64,000 bases of DNA from Auanema rhodensis (taxonomy: Eukaryota > Animalia > Nematoda). Positions 42,517 to 57,400 of this stretch are shown here, piece by piece (within the stretch, counting starts at the first letter, position 1; the number at the start of each line of letters is the position of its first letter). The stretch lies in NCBI GenBank assembly GCA_964057225.1, contig OZ059899.1, positions 1,054,001 through 1,118,000 on the forward strand, given 5' to 3'. Under the pieces are notes generated by a model, which was not told the DNA's origin, ran no database searches, and saw nothing but the letters and a program-made list of their open reading frames with translations. The translations under genes were made by a program, and so were the position numbers.

Positions 42517-45500
42517 TTTTTTCGAAAAATTTCAAAATAATTTAGCGAAAAGTAGATGTTTTTAGATTCCGTTTTTCAAGGCAAAGACGATGGACAATGT
42601 TATTCATCGAAAAAATTAATTCTTCAGGGTGAAAATCGAGGATATAAGTGTGAACTTATATCAGTTGATATCTCGGTGCATTTTTAAGCTAGCGCAAATC
42701 TGATAACACAGATCGACGCAGCTCAAAAATCCGCATTGAATGCACTATACTACATTGAGAAACGCTAAATACAAAAATTAGTTATGATCGTTTGAAAAAT
42801 GATGCATTAGTGTATGTTGAGTTTCCATGTACACTCAACATTGCTTCCAAAAACATTTTGACAAAAATTTTTTCGAAAAATTTCAAAATAATTTAGCAAA
42901 AAGTAGATGTTTTTAGATTCTGTTTTTCAAGGCAAAGACGATGGACAATGTTATTCAACAAAAAAAATAATACTTCAGGGTGAAAATCGAGGATATAAGT
43001 GTGAACTTATATCAGTTGATATCTCGGTGCTTTTTTAAGCTAGCGCAAATCTGATAACACAGATCGACGCAACTTAAAAATCCGCATCGAATGCACTATA
43101 CTACATTTAGAAACGCTTAATACAAAAATTAGTTATGATCGTTTGAAAAATGATGCATTAGTGTATGTTGAGTTTCCATGTACACTCAACATTGCTTCCA
43201 AAAACATTTTGACAAAAATTTTTTCGAAAAATTTCAAAATAATTTAGCGAAAAGTAGATGTTTTTAGATTCCGTTTTTCAAGGCAAAGACGATGGACAAT
43301 GTTATTCAACGAAAAAATTAATTCTTCAGGGTGAAAATCGAGGATATAAGTGTGAACTTATATCAGTTGATATCTCGGTGCATTTTCAAGCTAGCGCAAA
43401 TCTGATAACACAGATCGACGCAGCTCAAAAATCCGCATCGAATGCACTATACTACATTAAGAAACGCTTAATACAAAAATTAGTTATGATCGTTTGAAAA
43501 ATGATGCATTAGTGTATGTTGAGTTTCCATGTACACTCAACATTGCTTCCAAAAACATTTTGACAAAAATTTTTTCGAAAAATTTCAAAATAATTTAGCG
43601 AAAAGTAGATGTTTTTAGATTCCGTTTTTCAAGGCAAAGACGATGGACAATGTTATTCATCGAAAAAATTAATTCTTCAGGGTGAAAATCGAGGATATAA
43701 GTGTGAACTTATATCAGTTGATATCTCGGTGCATTTTTAAGCTAGCGCAAATCTGATAACACAGATCGACGCAGCTCAAAAATCCGCATTGAATGCACTA
43801 TACTACATTGAGAAACGCTAAATACAAAAATTAGTTATGATCGTTTGAAAAATGATGCATTAGTGTATGTTGAGTTTCCATGTACACTCAACATTGCTTC
43901 CAAAAACATTTTGACAAAAATTTTTTCGAAAAATTTCAAAATAATTTAGCAAAAAGTAGATGTTTTTAGATTCTGTTTTTCAAGGCAAAGACGATGGACA
44001 ATGTTATTCAACAAAAAAAATAATACTTCAGGGTGAAAATCGAGGATATAAGTGTGAACTTATATCAGTTGATATCTCGGTGCTTTTTTAAGCTAGCGCA
44101 AATCTGATAACACAGATCGACGCAACTTAAAAATCCGCATCGAATGCACTATACTACATTTAGAAACGCTTAATACAAAAATTAGTTATGATCGTTTGAA
44201 AAATGATGCATTAGTGTATGTTGAGTTTCCATGTACACTCAACATTGCTTCCAAAAACATTTTGACAAAAATTTTTTCGAAAAATTTCGAAATAATTTAG
44301 CGAAAAGTAGATGTTTTTAGATTCCGTTTTTCAAGGCAAAGACGATGGACAATGTTATTCAACGAAAAAATTAATTCTTCAGGGTGAAAATCGAGGATAT
44401 AAGTGTGAACTTATATCAGTTGATATCTCGGTGCATTTTTAAGCTAGCGCAAATTTGATAACACAGATCGACGCAGCTCAAAAATCCGCATCGAATGCAC
44501 TATACTACATTGAGAAACGCTTAATACAAAAATTAGTTATGTTCGTTTGAAAAATGATGCATTAGTGTATGTTGAGTTTCCATGTACACTCAACATTGCT
44601 TCCAAAAACATTTTGACAAAAATTTTTTCGAAAAATTTCAAAATAATTTAGCGAAAAGTAGATGTTTTTAGATTCCGTTTTTCAAGGCAAAGACGATGGA
44701 CAATGTTATTCATCGAAAAAATTAATTCTTCAGGGTGAAAATCGAGGATATAAGTGTGAACTTATATCAGTTGATATCTCGGTGCATTTTTAAGCTAGCG
44801 CAAATCTGATAACACAGATCGACGCAGCTCAAAAATCCGCATTGAATGCACTATACTACATTGAGAAACGCTAAATACAAAAATTAGTTATGATCGTTTG
44901 AAAAATGATGCATTAGTGTATGTTGAGTTTCCATGTACACTCAACATTGCTTCCAAAAACATTTTGACAAAAATTTTTTCGAAAAATTTCAAAATAATTT
45001 AGCAAAAAGTAGATGTTTTTAGATTCTGTTTTTCAAGGCAAAGACGATGGACAATGTTATTCAACAAAAAAAATAATACTTCAGGGTGAAAATCGAGGAT
45101 ATAAGTGTGAACTTATATCAGTTGATATCTCGGTGCTTTTTTAAGCTAGCGCAAATCTGATAACACAGATCGACGCAACTTAAAAATCCGCATCGAATGC
45201 ACTATACTACATTTAGAAACGCTTAATACAAAAATTAGTTATGATCGTTTGAAAAATGATGCATTAGTGTATGTTGAGTTTCCATGTACACTCAACATTG
45301 CTTCCAAAAACATTTTGACAAAAATTTTTTCGAAAAATTTCGAAATAATTTAGCGAAAAGTAGATGTTTTTAGATTCCGTTTTTCAAGGCAAAGACGATG
45401 GACAATGTTATTCAACGAAAAAATTAATTCTTCAGGGTGAAAATCGAGGATATAAGTGTGAACTTATATCAGTTGATATCTCGGTGCATTTTTAAGCTAG

Positions 45501-47079
45501 CGCAAATTTGATAACACAGATCGACGCAGCTCAAAAATCCGCATCGAATGCACTATACTACATTGAGAAACGCTTAATACAAAAATTAGTTATGTTCGTT
45601 TGAAAAATGATGCATTAGTGTATGTTGAGTTTCCATGTACACTCAACATTGCTTCCAAAAACATTTTGACAAAAATTTTTTCGAAAAATTTCAAAATAAT
45701 TTAGCGAAAAGTAGATGTTTTTAGATTCCGTTTTTCAAGGCAAAGACGATGGACAATGTTATTCATCGAAAAAATTAATTCTTCAGGGTGAAAATCGAGG
45801 ATATAAGTGTGAACTTATATCAGTTGATATCTCGGTGCATTTTTAAGCTAGCGCAAATCTGATAACACAGATCGACGCAGCTCAAAAATCCGCATTGAAT
45901 GCACTATACTACATTGAGAAACGCTAAATACAAAAATTAGTTATGATCGTTTGAAAAATGATGCATTAGTGTATGTTGAGTTTCCATGTACACTCAACAT
46001 TGCTTCCAAAAACATTTTGACAAAAATTTTTTCGAAAAATTTCAAAATAATTTAGCAAAAAGTAGATGTTTTTAGATTTTGTTTTTCAAGGCAAAGACGA
46101 TGGACAATGTTATTCAACAAAAAAAATAATACTTCAGGGTGAAAATCGAGGATATATGTGTGAACTTATATCAGTTGATATCTCGGTGCTTTTTTAAGCT
46201 AGCGCAAATCTGATAACACAGATCGACGCAACTTAAAAATCCGCATCGAATGCACTATACTACATTTAGAAACGCTTAATACAAAAATTAGTTATGATCG
46301 TTTGAAAAATGATGCATTAGTGTATGTTGAGTTTCCATGTACACTCAACATTGCTTCCAAAAACATTTTGACAAAAATTTTTTCGAAAAATTTCAAAATA
46401 ATTTAGCGAAAAGTAGATGTTTTTAGATTCCGTTTTTCAAGGCAAAGACGATGGACAATGTTATTCATCGAAAAAATTAATTCTTCAGGGTGAAAATCGA
46501 GGATATAAGTGTGAACTTATATCAGTTGATATCTCGGTGCATTTTTAAGCTAGCGCAAATCTGATAACACAGATCGACGCAGCTCAAAAATCCGCATTGA
46601 ATGCACTATACTACATTGAGAAACGCTAAATACAAAAATTAGTTATGATCGTTTGAAAAATGATGCATTAGTGTATGTTGAGTTTCCATGTACACTCAAC
46701 ATTGCTTCCAAAAACATTTTGACAAAAATTTTTTCGAAAAATTTCAAAATAATTTAGCAAAAAGTAGATGTTTTTAGATTTTGTTTTTCAAGGCAAAGAC
46801 GATGGACAATGTTATTCAACAAAAAAAATAATACTTCAGGGTGAAAATCGAGGATATATGTGTGAACTTATATCAGTTGATATCTCGGTGCTTTTTTAAG
46901 CTAGCGCAAATCTGATAACACAGATCGACGCAACTTAAAAATCCGCATCGAATGCACTATACTACATTTAGAAACGCTTAATACAAAAATTAGTTATGAT
47001 CGTTTGAAAAATGATGCATTAGTGTATGTTGAGTTTCCATGTACACTCAACATTGCTTCCAAAAACATTTTGACAAAAA
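42517..47079 (+). repeat. Second trimeric higher-order repeat (1053 bp) collapsing to a dimer
   Basis: H-type monomer (ttcTgttt, tcaacAaaa, aatActtc, gtgcTttt, gcaActt, cattTag) at 42907, 43960, 45013 and 46066, then 46768 (702 bp later). Confidence 0.9.
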
Positions 47080-48483
47080 TTTTTTCGAAAAATTTCAAAA
47101 TAATTTAGCGAAAAGTAGATGTTTTTAGATTCCTTTTTTCAAGGCAAAGACGATGGACAATGTTATTCAACGAAAAAATTAATTCTTCAGGGTGAAAATC
47201 GAGGATATAAGTGTGAACTTATATCAGTTGATATCTCGGTGCATTTTTAAGCTAGCGCAAATTTGATAACACAGATCGACGCAGCTCAAAAATCCGCATC
47301 GAATGCACTATACTACATTGAGAAACGCTTAATACAAAAATTAGTTATGATCGTTTGAAAAATGATGCATTAGTGTATGTTGAGTTTCCATGTACACTCA
47401 ACATTGCTTCCAAAAACATTTTGACAAAAATTTTTTCGAAAAATTTCAAAATAATTTAGCAAAAAGTAGATGTTTTTAGATTCCGTTTTTCAAAGCAAAG
47501 ACGATGGACAATGTTATTCAACGAAGAAAATAATTCTTCAGGGTGAAAATCGAGGATATAAGTGTGAATTTATATCAGTTGATATCTCGGTGCATTTTTA
47601 AGCTAGCGCAAATTTGATAACACAGATCGACGCAGCTCAAAAATCCGCATTGAATGCACTATACTACATTGAGAAACGCTCAATACAAAAATTAGTTATG
47701 ATCGTTTGAAAAATGATGCATTAGTGTATGTTGAGTTTCCATGTACACTCAACATTGCTTCCAAAAACATTTTGACAAAAATTTTTTCGAAAAATTTAAA
47801 AATAATTTAGCAAAAAGTAGATGTTTTTAGATTCCTTTTTTCAAGGCGAAGACGATGGACAATGTTATTCAACGAAAAAAATAATTCTTCAGGGTGAAAA
47901 TCGAGGATATAAGTGTGAACTTATATCAGTTGATATCTCGGTGCATTTTTAAGCTAGCGCAAATCTGATAACACAGATCGACGCAGCTTAAAAATCCGCA
48001 TCGAATGCACTATACTACATTGAGAAACGCTTAATACAAAAATTAGTTATGATCGTTTGAAAAATGATGCATTAGTGTATGTTGAGTTTCCATGTACACT
48101 CAACATTGCTTCCAAAAACATTTTGACAAAAATTTTTTCGAAAAATTTCAAAATAATTTAGCGAAAAGTAGATGTTTTTAGATTCCGTTTTTCAAGGCAA
48201 AGACGATGGACAATGTTATTCAACGAAAAAAATAATTCTTCAGGGTGAAAATCGAGGATATAAGTGTGAACTTATATCAGTTGATATCTCGGTGCTTTTT
48301 TAAGCTAGCGCAAATCTGATAACACAGATCGACGCAGCTCAAAAATCCGCATCGAATGCACTATACTACATTGAGAAACGCTTAATACAAAAATTAGTTA
48401 TGATCGTTTGAAAAATGATGCATTAGTGTATGTTGAGTTTCCATGTACACTCAACATTGCTTCCAAAAACATTTTGACAAAAA

Positions 48484-51400
48484 TTTTTTCGAAAAATTTC
48501 AAGATAATTTAGAGAAAAGTAGATGTTTTTAGATTCCGTTTTTCAAGGCAAAGACGATGGACAATGTTATTCAACGAAAAAATTAATTCTTCAGGGTGAA
48601 AATCGAGGATATAAGTGTGAACTTATATCAGTTGATATCTCGGTGCTTTTTTAAGCTAGCGCAAATCTGATAACACAGATCGACGCAGCTCAAAAATCCG
48701 CATCGAATGCACTATACTACATTGAGAAACGCTTAATACAAAAATTAGTTATGATTGTTTGAAAAATGATGCATTAGTGTATGTTGAGTTTCCATATACA
48801 CTCAACATTGCTTCCAAAAACATTTTGACAAAAATTTTTTCGAAAAATTTCAAGATAATTTAGCGAAAAGTAGATGTTTTTAGATTTCGTTTTTCAAGGC
48901 AAAGACGATGGACAATGTTATTCAACGAAAAAATTAATTCTTCAGGGTGAAAAATCGAGGATATAAGTGTGAACTTATATCAGTTGATATCTCGGTGCTT
49001 TTTTAAGCTAGCGCAAATCTGATAACACAGATCGACGCAGCTCAAAAATCCGCATCGAATGCACTATACTACATTGAGAAACGCTTAATACAAAAATTAG
49101 TTATGATTGTTTGAAAAATGATGCATTAGTGTATGTTGAGTTTCCATATACACTCAACATTGCTTCCAAAAACATTTTGACAAAAATTTTTTCGAAAAAT
49201 TTCAAGATAATTTAGCGAAAAGTAGATGTTTTTAGATTTCGTTTTTCAAGGCAAAGACGATGGACAATGTTATTCAACGAAAAAATTAATTCTTCAGGGT
49301 GAAAAATCGAGGATATAAGTGTGAACTTATATCAGTTGATATCTCGGTGCTTTTTTAAGCTAGCGCAAATCTGATAACACAGATCGACGCAGCTCAAAAA
49401 TCCGCATCGAATGCACTATACTACATTGAGAAACGCTTAATACAAAAATTAGTTATGATCGTTTGAAAAATGATGCATTAGTGTATGTTGAGTTTCCATG
49501 TACACTCAACATTGCTTCCAAAAACATTTTGACAAAAATTTTTTCGAAAAGTTTCAAAATAATTTAGCAAAAAGTAGATGTTTTTAGATTCTGTTTTTCA
49601 AGGCAAAGACGATGGACAATGTTATTCAACGAAAAAAATAATTCTTCAGGGTGAAAATCGAGGATATAAGTGTGAACTTATATCAGTTGATATCTCGGTG
49701 CTTTTTTAAGCTAGCGCAAATCTGATAACACAGATCGACGCAGCTTAAAAATCCGCGTCGAATGCACTATACTACATTGAGAAACGCTTAATACAAAAAT
49801 TAGTTATGATCGTTTGAAAAATGATGCATTAGTGTATGTTGAGTTTCCATGTACACTCAACATTGCTTCCAAAAACATTTTGACAAAAATTTTTTCGAAA
49901 AATTTCAAAATAATTTAGCGAAAAGTAGATGTTTTTAGATTCCGTTTTTCAAGGCAAAGACGATGGACAATGTTATTCAACGAAAAAATTAATTCTTCAG
50001 GGTGAAAATCGAGGATATAAGTGTGAACTTATATCAGTTGATATCTCGGTGCATTTTTAAGCTAGCGCAAATCTGATAACACAGATCGACGCAGCTCAAA
50101 AATCCGCATCGAATGCACTATACTACATTGAGAAACGCTTAATACAAAAATTAGTTATGATCGTTTGAAAAATGATGCATTAGTGTATGTTGAGTTTCCA
50201 TGTACACTCAACATTGCTTCCAAAAACATTTTGACAAAAATTTTTTCGAAAAATTTCAAAATAATTTAGCAAAAAGTAGATGTTTTTAGATTCCGTTTTT
50301 CAAAGCAAAGACGATGGACAATGTTATTCAACGAAAAAAATAATTCTTCAGGGTGAAAATCGAGGATATAAGTGTGAACTTATATCAGTTGATATCTCGG
50401 TGCATTTTTAAGCTAGCGCAAATCTGATAACACAGATCGACGCAGCTCAAAAATCCGCATTGAATGCACTATACTACATTAAGAAACGCTTAATACAAAA
50501 ATTAGTTATGATCGTTTGAAAAATGATGCATTAGTGTATGTTGAGTTTCCATGTACACTCAACATTGCTTCCAAAAACATTTTGACAAAAATTTTTTCGA
50601 AAAATTTCAAAATAATTTAGCGAAAAGTAGATGTTTTTAGATTCCGTTTTTCAAGGCAAAGACGATGGACAATGTTATTCAACGAAAAAAATAATTCTTC
50701 AGGGTGAAAATCGAGGATATAAGTGTGAACTTATATCAGTTGATATCTCGGTGCATTTTTAAGCTAGCGCAAATCTGATAACACAGATCGACGTAGCTTA
50801 AAAATCCGCATCGAATGCACTATACTACATTGAGAAACGCTTAATACAAAAATTAGTTATGATCGTTTGAAAAATGATGCATTAGTGTATGTTGAGTTTC
50901 CATGTACACTCAACATTGCTTCCAAAAACATTTTGACAAAAATTTTTTCGAAAAATTTCAAGATAATTTAGCGAAAAGTAGATGTTTTTAGCTTCCGTTT
51001 TTCAAGGCAAAGACGATGGACAATGTTATTCAACGAAAAAATTAATTCTTCAGGGTGAAAATCGAGGATATAAGTGTGAACTTATATCAGTTGATATCTC
51101 GGTGCATTTTTAAGCTAGCGCAAATCTGATAACACAGATCGCGCAGCTCAAAAATCCGCATTGAATGCACTATACTACATTGAGAAACGCTAAATACAAA
51201 AATTAGTTATGATCGTTTGAAAAATGATGCATTAGTGTATGTTGAGTTTCCATGTACACTCAACATTGCTTCCAAAAACATTTTGACAAAAATTTTTTCG
51301 AAAAATTTCAAAATAATTTAGCAAAAAGTAGATGTTTTTAGATTCTGTTTTTCAAGGCAAAGACGATGGACAATGTTATTCAACAAAAAAAATAATACTT

Positions 51401-54400
51401 CAGGGTGAAAATCGAGGATATAAGTGTGAACTTATATCAGTTGATATCTCGGTGCTTTTTTAAGCTAGCGCAAATCTGATAACACAGATCGACGCAACTT
51501 AAAAATCCGCATCGAATGCACTATACTACATTTAGAAACGCTTAATACAAAAATTAGTTATGATCGTTTGAAAAATGATGCATTAGTGTATGTTGAGTTT
51601 CCATGTACACTCAACATTGCTTCCAAAAACATTTTGACAAAAATTTTTTCGAAAAATTTCAAAATAATTTAGCGAAAAGTAGATGTTTTTAGATTCCGTT
51701 TTTCAAGGCAAAGACGATGGACAATGTTATTCAACGAAAAAATTAATTCTTCAGGGTGAAAATCGAGGATATAAGTGTGAACTTATATCAGTTGATATCT
51801 CGGTGCTTTTTTAAGCTAGCGCAAATCTGATAACACAGATCGACGCAGCTCAAAAATCCGCATCGAATGCACTATACTACATTGAGAAACGCTTAATACA
51901 AAAATTAGTTATGATCGTTTGAAAAATGATGCATTAGTGTATGTTGAGTTTCCATGTACACTCAACATTGCTTCCAAAAACATTTTGACAAAAATTTTTT
52001 CGAAAAATTTCAAGATAATTTAGAGAAAAGTAGATGTTTTTAGATTCCGTTTTTCAAGGCAAAGACGATGGACAATGTTATTCAACGAAAAAATTAATTC
52101 TTCAGGGTGAAAATCGAGGATATAAGTGTGAACTTATATCAGTTGATATCTCGGTGCTTTTTTAAGCTAGCGCAAATCTGATAACACAGATCGACGCAGC
52201 TCAAAAATCCGCATCGAATGCACTATACTACATTGAGAAACGCTTAATACAAAAATTAGTTATGATTGTTTGAAAAATGATGCATTAGTGTATGTTGAGT
52301 TTCCATATACACTCAACATTGCTTCCAAAAACATTTTGACAAAAATTTTTTCGAAAAATTTCAAGATAATTTAGCGAAAAGTAGATGTTTTTAGATTTCG
52401 TTTTTCAAGGCAAAGACGATGGACAATGTTATTCAACGAAAAAATTAATTCTTCAGGGTGAAAAATCGAGGATATAAGTGTGAACTTATATCAGTTGATA
52501 TCTCGGTGCTTTTTTAAGCTAGCGCAAATCTGATAACACAGATCGACGCAGCTCAAAAATCCGCATCGAATGCACTATACTACATTGAGAAACGCTTAAT
52601 ACAAAAATTAGTTATGATCGTTTGAAAAATGATGCATTAGTGTATGTTAAGTTTCCATGTACACTCAACATTGCTTCCAAAAACATTTTGACAAAAATTT
52701 TTTCGAAAAGTTTCAAAATAATTTAGCAAAAAGTAGATGTTTTTAGATTCTGTTTTTCAAGGCAAAGACGATGGACAATGTTATTCAACGAAAAAAATAA
52801 TTCTTCAGGGTGAAAATCGAGGATATAAGTGTGAACTTATATCAGTTGATATCTCGGTGCTTTTTTAAGCTAGCGCAAATCTGATAACACAGATCGACGC
52901 AGCTTAAAAATCCGCGTCGAATGCACTATACTACATTGAGAAACGCTTAATACAAAAATTAGTTATGATCGTTTGAAAAATGATGCATTAGTGTATGTTG
53001 AGTTTCCATGTACACTCAACATTGCTTCCAAAAACATTTTGACAAAAATTTTTTCGAAAAATTTCAAAATAATTTAGCGAAAAGTAGATGTTTTTAGATT
53101 CCGTTTTTCAAGGCAAAGACGATGGACAATGTTATTCAACGAAAAAATTAATTCTTCAGGGTGAAAATCGAGGATATAAGTGTGAACTTATATCAGTTGA
53201 TATCTCGGTGCATTTTTAAGCTAGCGCAAATCTGATAACACAGATCGACGCAGCTCAAAAATCCGCATCGAATGCACTATACTACATTGAGAAACGCTTA
53301 ATACAAAAATTAGTTATGATCGTTTGAAAAATGATGCATTAGTGTATGTTGAGTTTCCATGTACACTCAACATTGCTTCCAAAAACATTTTGACAAAAAT
53401 TTTTTCGAAAAATTTCAAAATAATTTAGCAAAAAGTAGATGTTTTTAGATTCCGTTTTTCAAAGCAAAGACGATGGACAATGTTATTCAACGAAAAAAAT
53501 AATTCTTCAGGGTGAAAATCGAGGATATAAGTGTGAACTTATATCAGTTGATATCTCGGTGCATTTTTAAGCTAGCGCAAATCTGATAACACAGATCGAC
53601 GCAGCTCAAAAATCCGCATTGAAAGCACTATACTACATTAAGAAACGCTTAATACAAAAATTAGTTATGATCGTTTGAAAAATGATGCATTAGTGTATGT
53701 TGAGTTTCCATGTACACTCAACATTGCTTCCAAAAACATTTTGACAAAAATTTTTTCGAAAAATTTCAAGATAATTTAGCGAAAAGTAGATGTTTTTAGC
53801 TTCCGTTTTTCAAGGCAAAGACGATGGACAATGTTATTCAACGAAAAAATTAATTCTTCAGGGTGAAAATCGAGGATATAAGTGTGAACTTATATCAGTT
53901 GATATCTCGGTGCATTTTTAAGCTAGCGCAAATCTGATAACACAGATCGACGCAGCTCAAAAATCCGCATTGAATGCACTATACTACATTGAGAAACGCT
54001 AAATACAAAAATTAGTTATGATCGTTTGAAAAATGATGCATTAGTGTATGTTGAGTTTCCATGTACACTCAACATTGCTTCCAAAAACATTTTGACAAAA
54101 ATTTTTTCGAAAAATTTCAAAATAATTTAGCAAAAAGTAGATGTTTTTAGATTCTGTTTTTCAAGGCAAAGACGATGGACAATGTTATTCAACAAAAAAA
54201 ATAATACTTCAGGGTGAAAATCGAGGATATAAGTGTGAACTTATATCAGTTGATATCTCGGTGCTTTTTTAAGCTAGCGCAAATCTGATAACACAGATCG
54301 ACGCAACTTAAAAATCCGCATCGAATGCACTATACTACATTTAGAAACGCTTAATACAAAAATTAGTTATGATCGTTTGAAAAATGATGCATTAGTGTAT

Positions 54401-54450
54401 GTTGAGTTTCCATGTACACTCAACATTGCTTCCAAAAACATTTTGACAAA
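48484..54450 (+). repeat. Irregular 8-10-monomer block duplication
   Basis: Ordered private markers occur twice: agAgaaaag (48523/52034), +A in gaaaaAtcg (48874, 49226/52385), aaaaGtttc with gcGtcg (49578/52737), caaAgc (50280/53439), agCttcc (50982/53790), H type (51332/54141). Confidence 0.85.
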
Positions 54451-57400
54451 AATTTTTTCGAAAAATTTCAAAATAATTTAGCGAAAAGTAGATGTTTTTA
54501 GATTCCGTTTTTCAAGGCAAAGACGATGGACAATGTTATTCAACGAAAAAATTAATTCTTCAGGGTGAAAATCGAGGATATAAGTGTGAACTTATATCAG
54601 TTGATATCTCGGTGCATTTTTAAGCTAGCGCAAATTTGATAACACAGATCGACGCAGCTCAAAAATCCGCATCGAATGCACTATACTACATTGAGAAACG
54701 CTTAATACAAAAATTAGTTATGATCGTTTGAAAAATGATGCATTAGTGTATGTTGAGTTTCCATGTACACTCAACATTGCTTCCAAAAACATTTTGACAA
54801 AAATTTTTTCGAAAAATTTCAAAATAATTTAGCGAAAAGTAGATGTTTTTAGATTCCGTTTTTCAAGGCAAAGACGATGGACAATGTTATTCAACGAAAA
54901 AATTAATTCTTCAGGGTGAAAATCGAGGATATAAGTGTGAACTTATATCAGTTGATATCTCGGTGCATTTTTAAGCTAGCGCAAATTTGATAACACAGAT
55001 CGACGCAGCTCAAAAATCCGCATCGAATGCACTATACTACATTGAGAAACGCTTAATACAAAAATTAGTTATGATCTTTTGAAAAATGATGCATTAGTGT
55101 ATGTTGAGTTTCCATGTACACTCAACATTGCTTCCAAAAACATTTTGACAAAAAGTTTTTCGAAAAATTTCAAAATAATTTAGCAAAAAGTAGATGTTTT
55201 TAGATTCCGTTTTTCAAAGCAAAGACGATGGACAATGTTATTCAACGAAAAAAATAATTCTTCAGGGTGAAAATCGAGGATATAAGTGTGAATTTATATC
55301 AGTTGATATCTCGGTGCATTTTTAAGCTAGCGCAAATTTGATAACACAGATCGACGCAGCTCAAAAATCCGCATTGAATGCACTATACTACATTGAGAAA
55401 CGCTCAATACAAAAATTAGTTATGATCGTTTGAAAAATGATGCATTAGTGTATGTTGAGTTTCCATGTACACTCAACATTGCTTCCAAAAACATTTTGAC
55501 AAAAATTTTTTCGAAAAATTTAAAAATAATTTAGCAAAAAGTAGATGTTTTTAGATTCCTTTTTTCAAGGCGAAGACGATGGACAATGTTATTCAACGAA
55601 AAAAATAATTCTTCAGGGTGAAAATCGAGGATATAAGTGTGAACTTATATCAGTTGATATCTCGGTGCATTTTTAAGCTAGCGCAAATCTGATAACACAG
55701 ATCGACGCAGCTCAAAAATCCGCATCGAATGCACTATACTACATTGAGAAACGCTTAATACAAAAATTAGTTATGATTGTTTGAAAAATGATGCATTAGT
55801 GTATGTTGAGTTTCCATGTACACTCAACATTGCTTCCAAAAACATTTTGACAAAAATTTTTTCGAAAAATTTCAAGATAATTTAGCGAAAAGTAGATGTT
55901 TTTAGCTTCCGTTTTTCAAGGCAAAGACGATGGACAATGTTATTCAACGAAAAAATTAATTCTTCAGGGTGAAAATCGAGGATATAAGTGTGAACTTATA
56001 TCAGTTGATATCTCGGTGCATTTTTAAGCTAGCGCAAATCTGATAACACAGATCGACGCAGCTCAAAAATCCGCATTGAATGCACTATACTACATTGAGA
56101 AACGCTAAATACAAAAATTAGTTATGATCGTTTGAAAAATGATGCATTAGTGTATGTTGAGTTTCCATGTACACTCAACATTGCTTCCAAAAACATTTTG
56201 ACAAAAATTTTTTCGAAAAATTTCAAAATAATTTAGCAAAAAGTAGATGTTTTTAGATTCTGTTTTTCAAGGCAAAGACGATGGACAATGTTATTCAACA
56301 AAAAAAATAATACTTCAGGGTGAAAATCGAGGATATAAGTGTGAACTTATATCAGTTGATATCTCGGTGCTTTTTTAAGCTAGCGCAAATCTGATAACAC
56401 AGATCGACGCAACTTAAAAATCCGCATCGAATGCACTATACTACATTTAGAAACGCTTAATACAAAAATTAGTTATGATCGTTTGAAAAATGATGCATTA
56501 GTGTATGTTGAGTTTCCATGTACACTCAACATTGCTTCCAAAAACATTTTGACAAAAATTTTTTCGAAAAATTTCAAAATAATTTAGCGAAAAGTAGATG
56601 TTTTTAGATTCCGTTTTTCAAGGCAAAGACGATGGACAATGTTATTCAACGAAAAAATTAATTCTTCAGGGTGAAAATCGAGGATATAAGTGTGAACTTA
56701 TATCAGTTGATATCTCGGTGCATTTTTAAGCTAGCGCAAATTTGATAACACAGATCGACGCAGCTCAAAAATCCGCATCGAATGCACTATACTACATTGA
56801 GAAACGCTTAATACAAAAATTAGTTATGATCGTTTGAAAAATGATGCATTAGTGTATGTTGAGTTTCCATGTACACTCAACATTGCTTCCAAAAACATTT
56901 TGACAAAAATTTTTTCGAAAAATTTCAAAATAATTTAGCAAAAAGTAGATGTTTTTAGATTCCGTTTTTCAAAGCAAAGACGATGGACAATGTTATTCAA
57001 CGAAAAAAATAATTCTTCAGGGTGAAAATCGAGGATATAAGTGTGAATTTATATCAGTTGATATCTCGGTGCATTTTTAAGCTAGCGCAAATTTGATAAC
57101 ACAGATCGACGCAGCTCAAAAATCCGCATTGAATGCACTATACTACATTGAGAAACGCTCAATACAAAAATTAGTTATGATCGTTTGAAAAATGATGCAT
57201 TAGTGTATGTTGAGTTTCCATGTACACTCAACATTGCTTCCAAAAACATTTTGACAAAAATTTTTTCGAAAAATTTAAAAATAATTTAGCAAAAAGTAGA
57301 TGTTTTTAGATTCCTTTTTTCAAGGCGAAGACGATGGACAATGTTATTCAACGAAAAAAATAATTCTTCAGGGTGAAAATCGAGGATATAAGTGTGAACT

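Noticed and set aside
1-48950. 351 and 132 are both multiples of 3, suggesting a giant repetitive protein
   Set aside because: The ORF track shows nothing longer than 79 aa, so no frame reads through a monomer. The coincidence has about a 1 in 9 chance.
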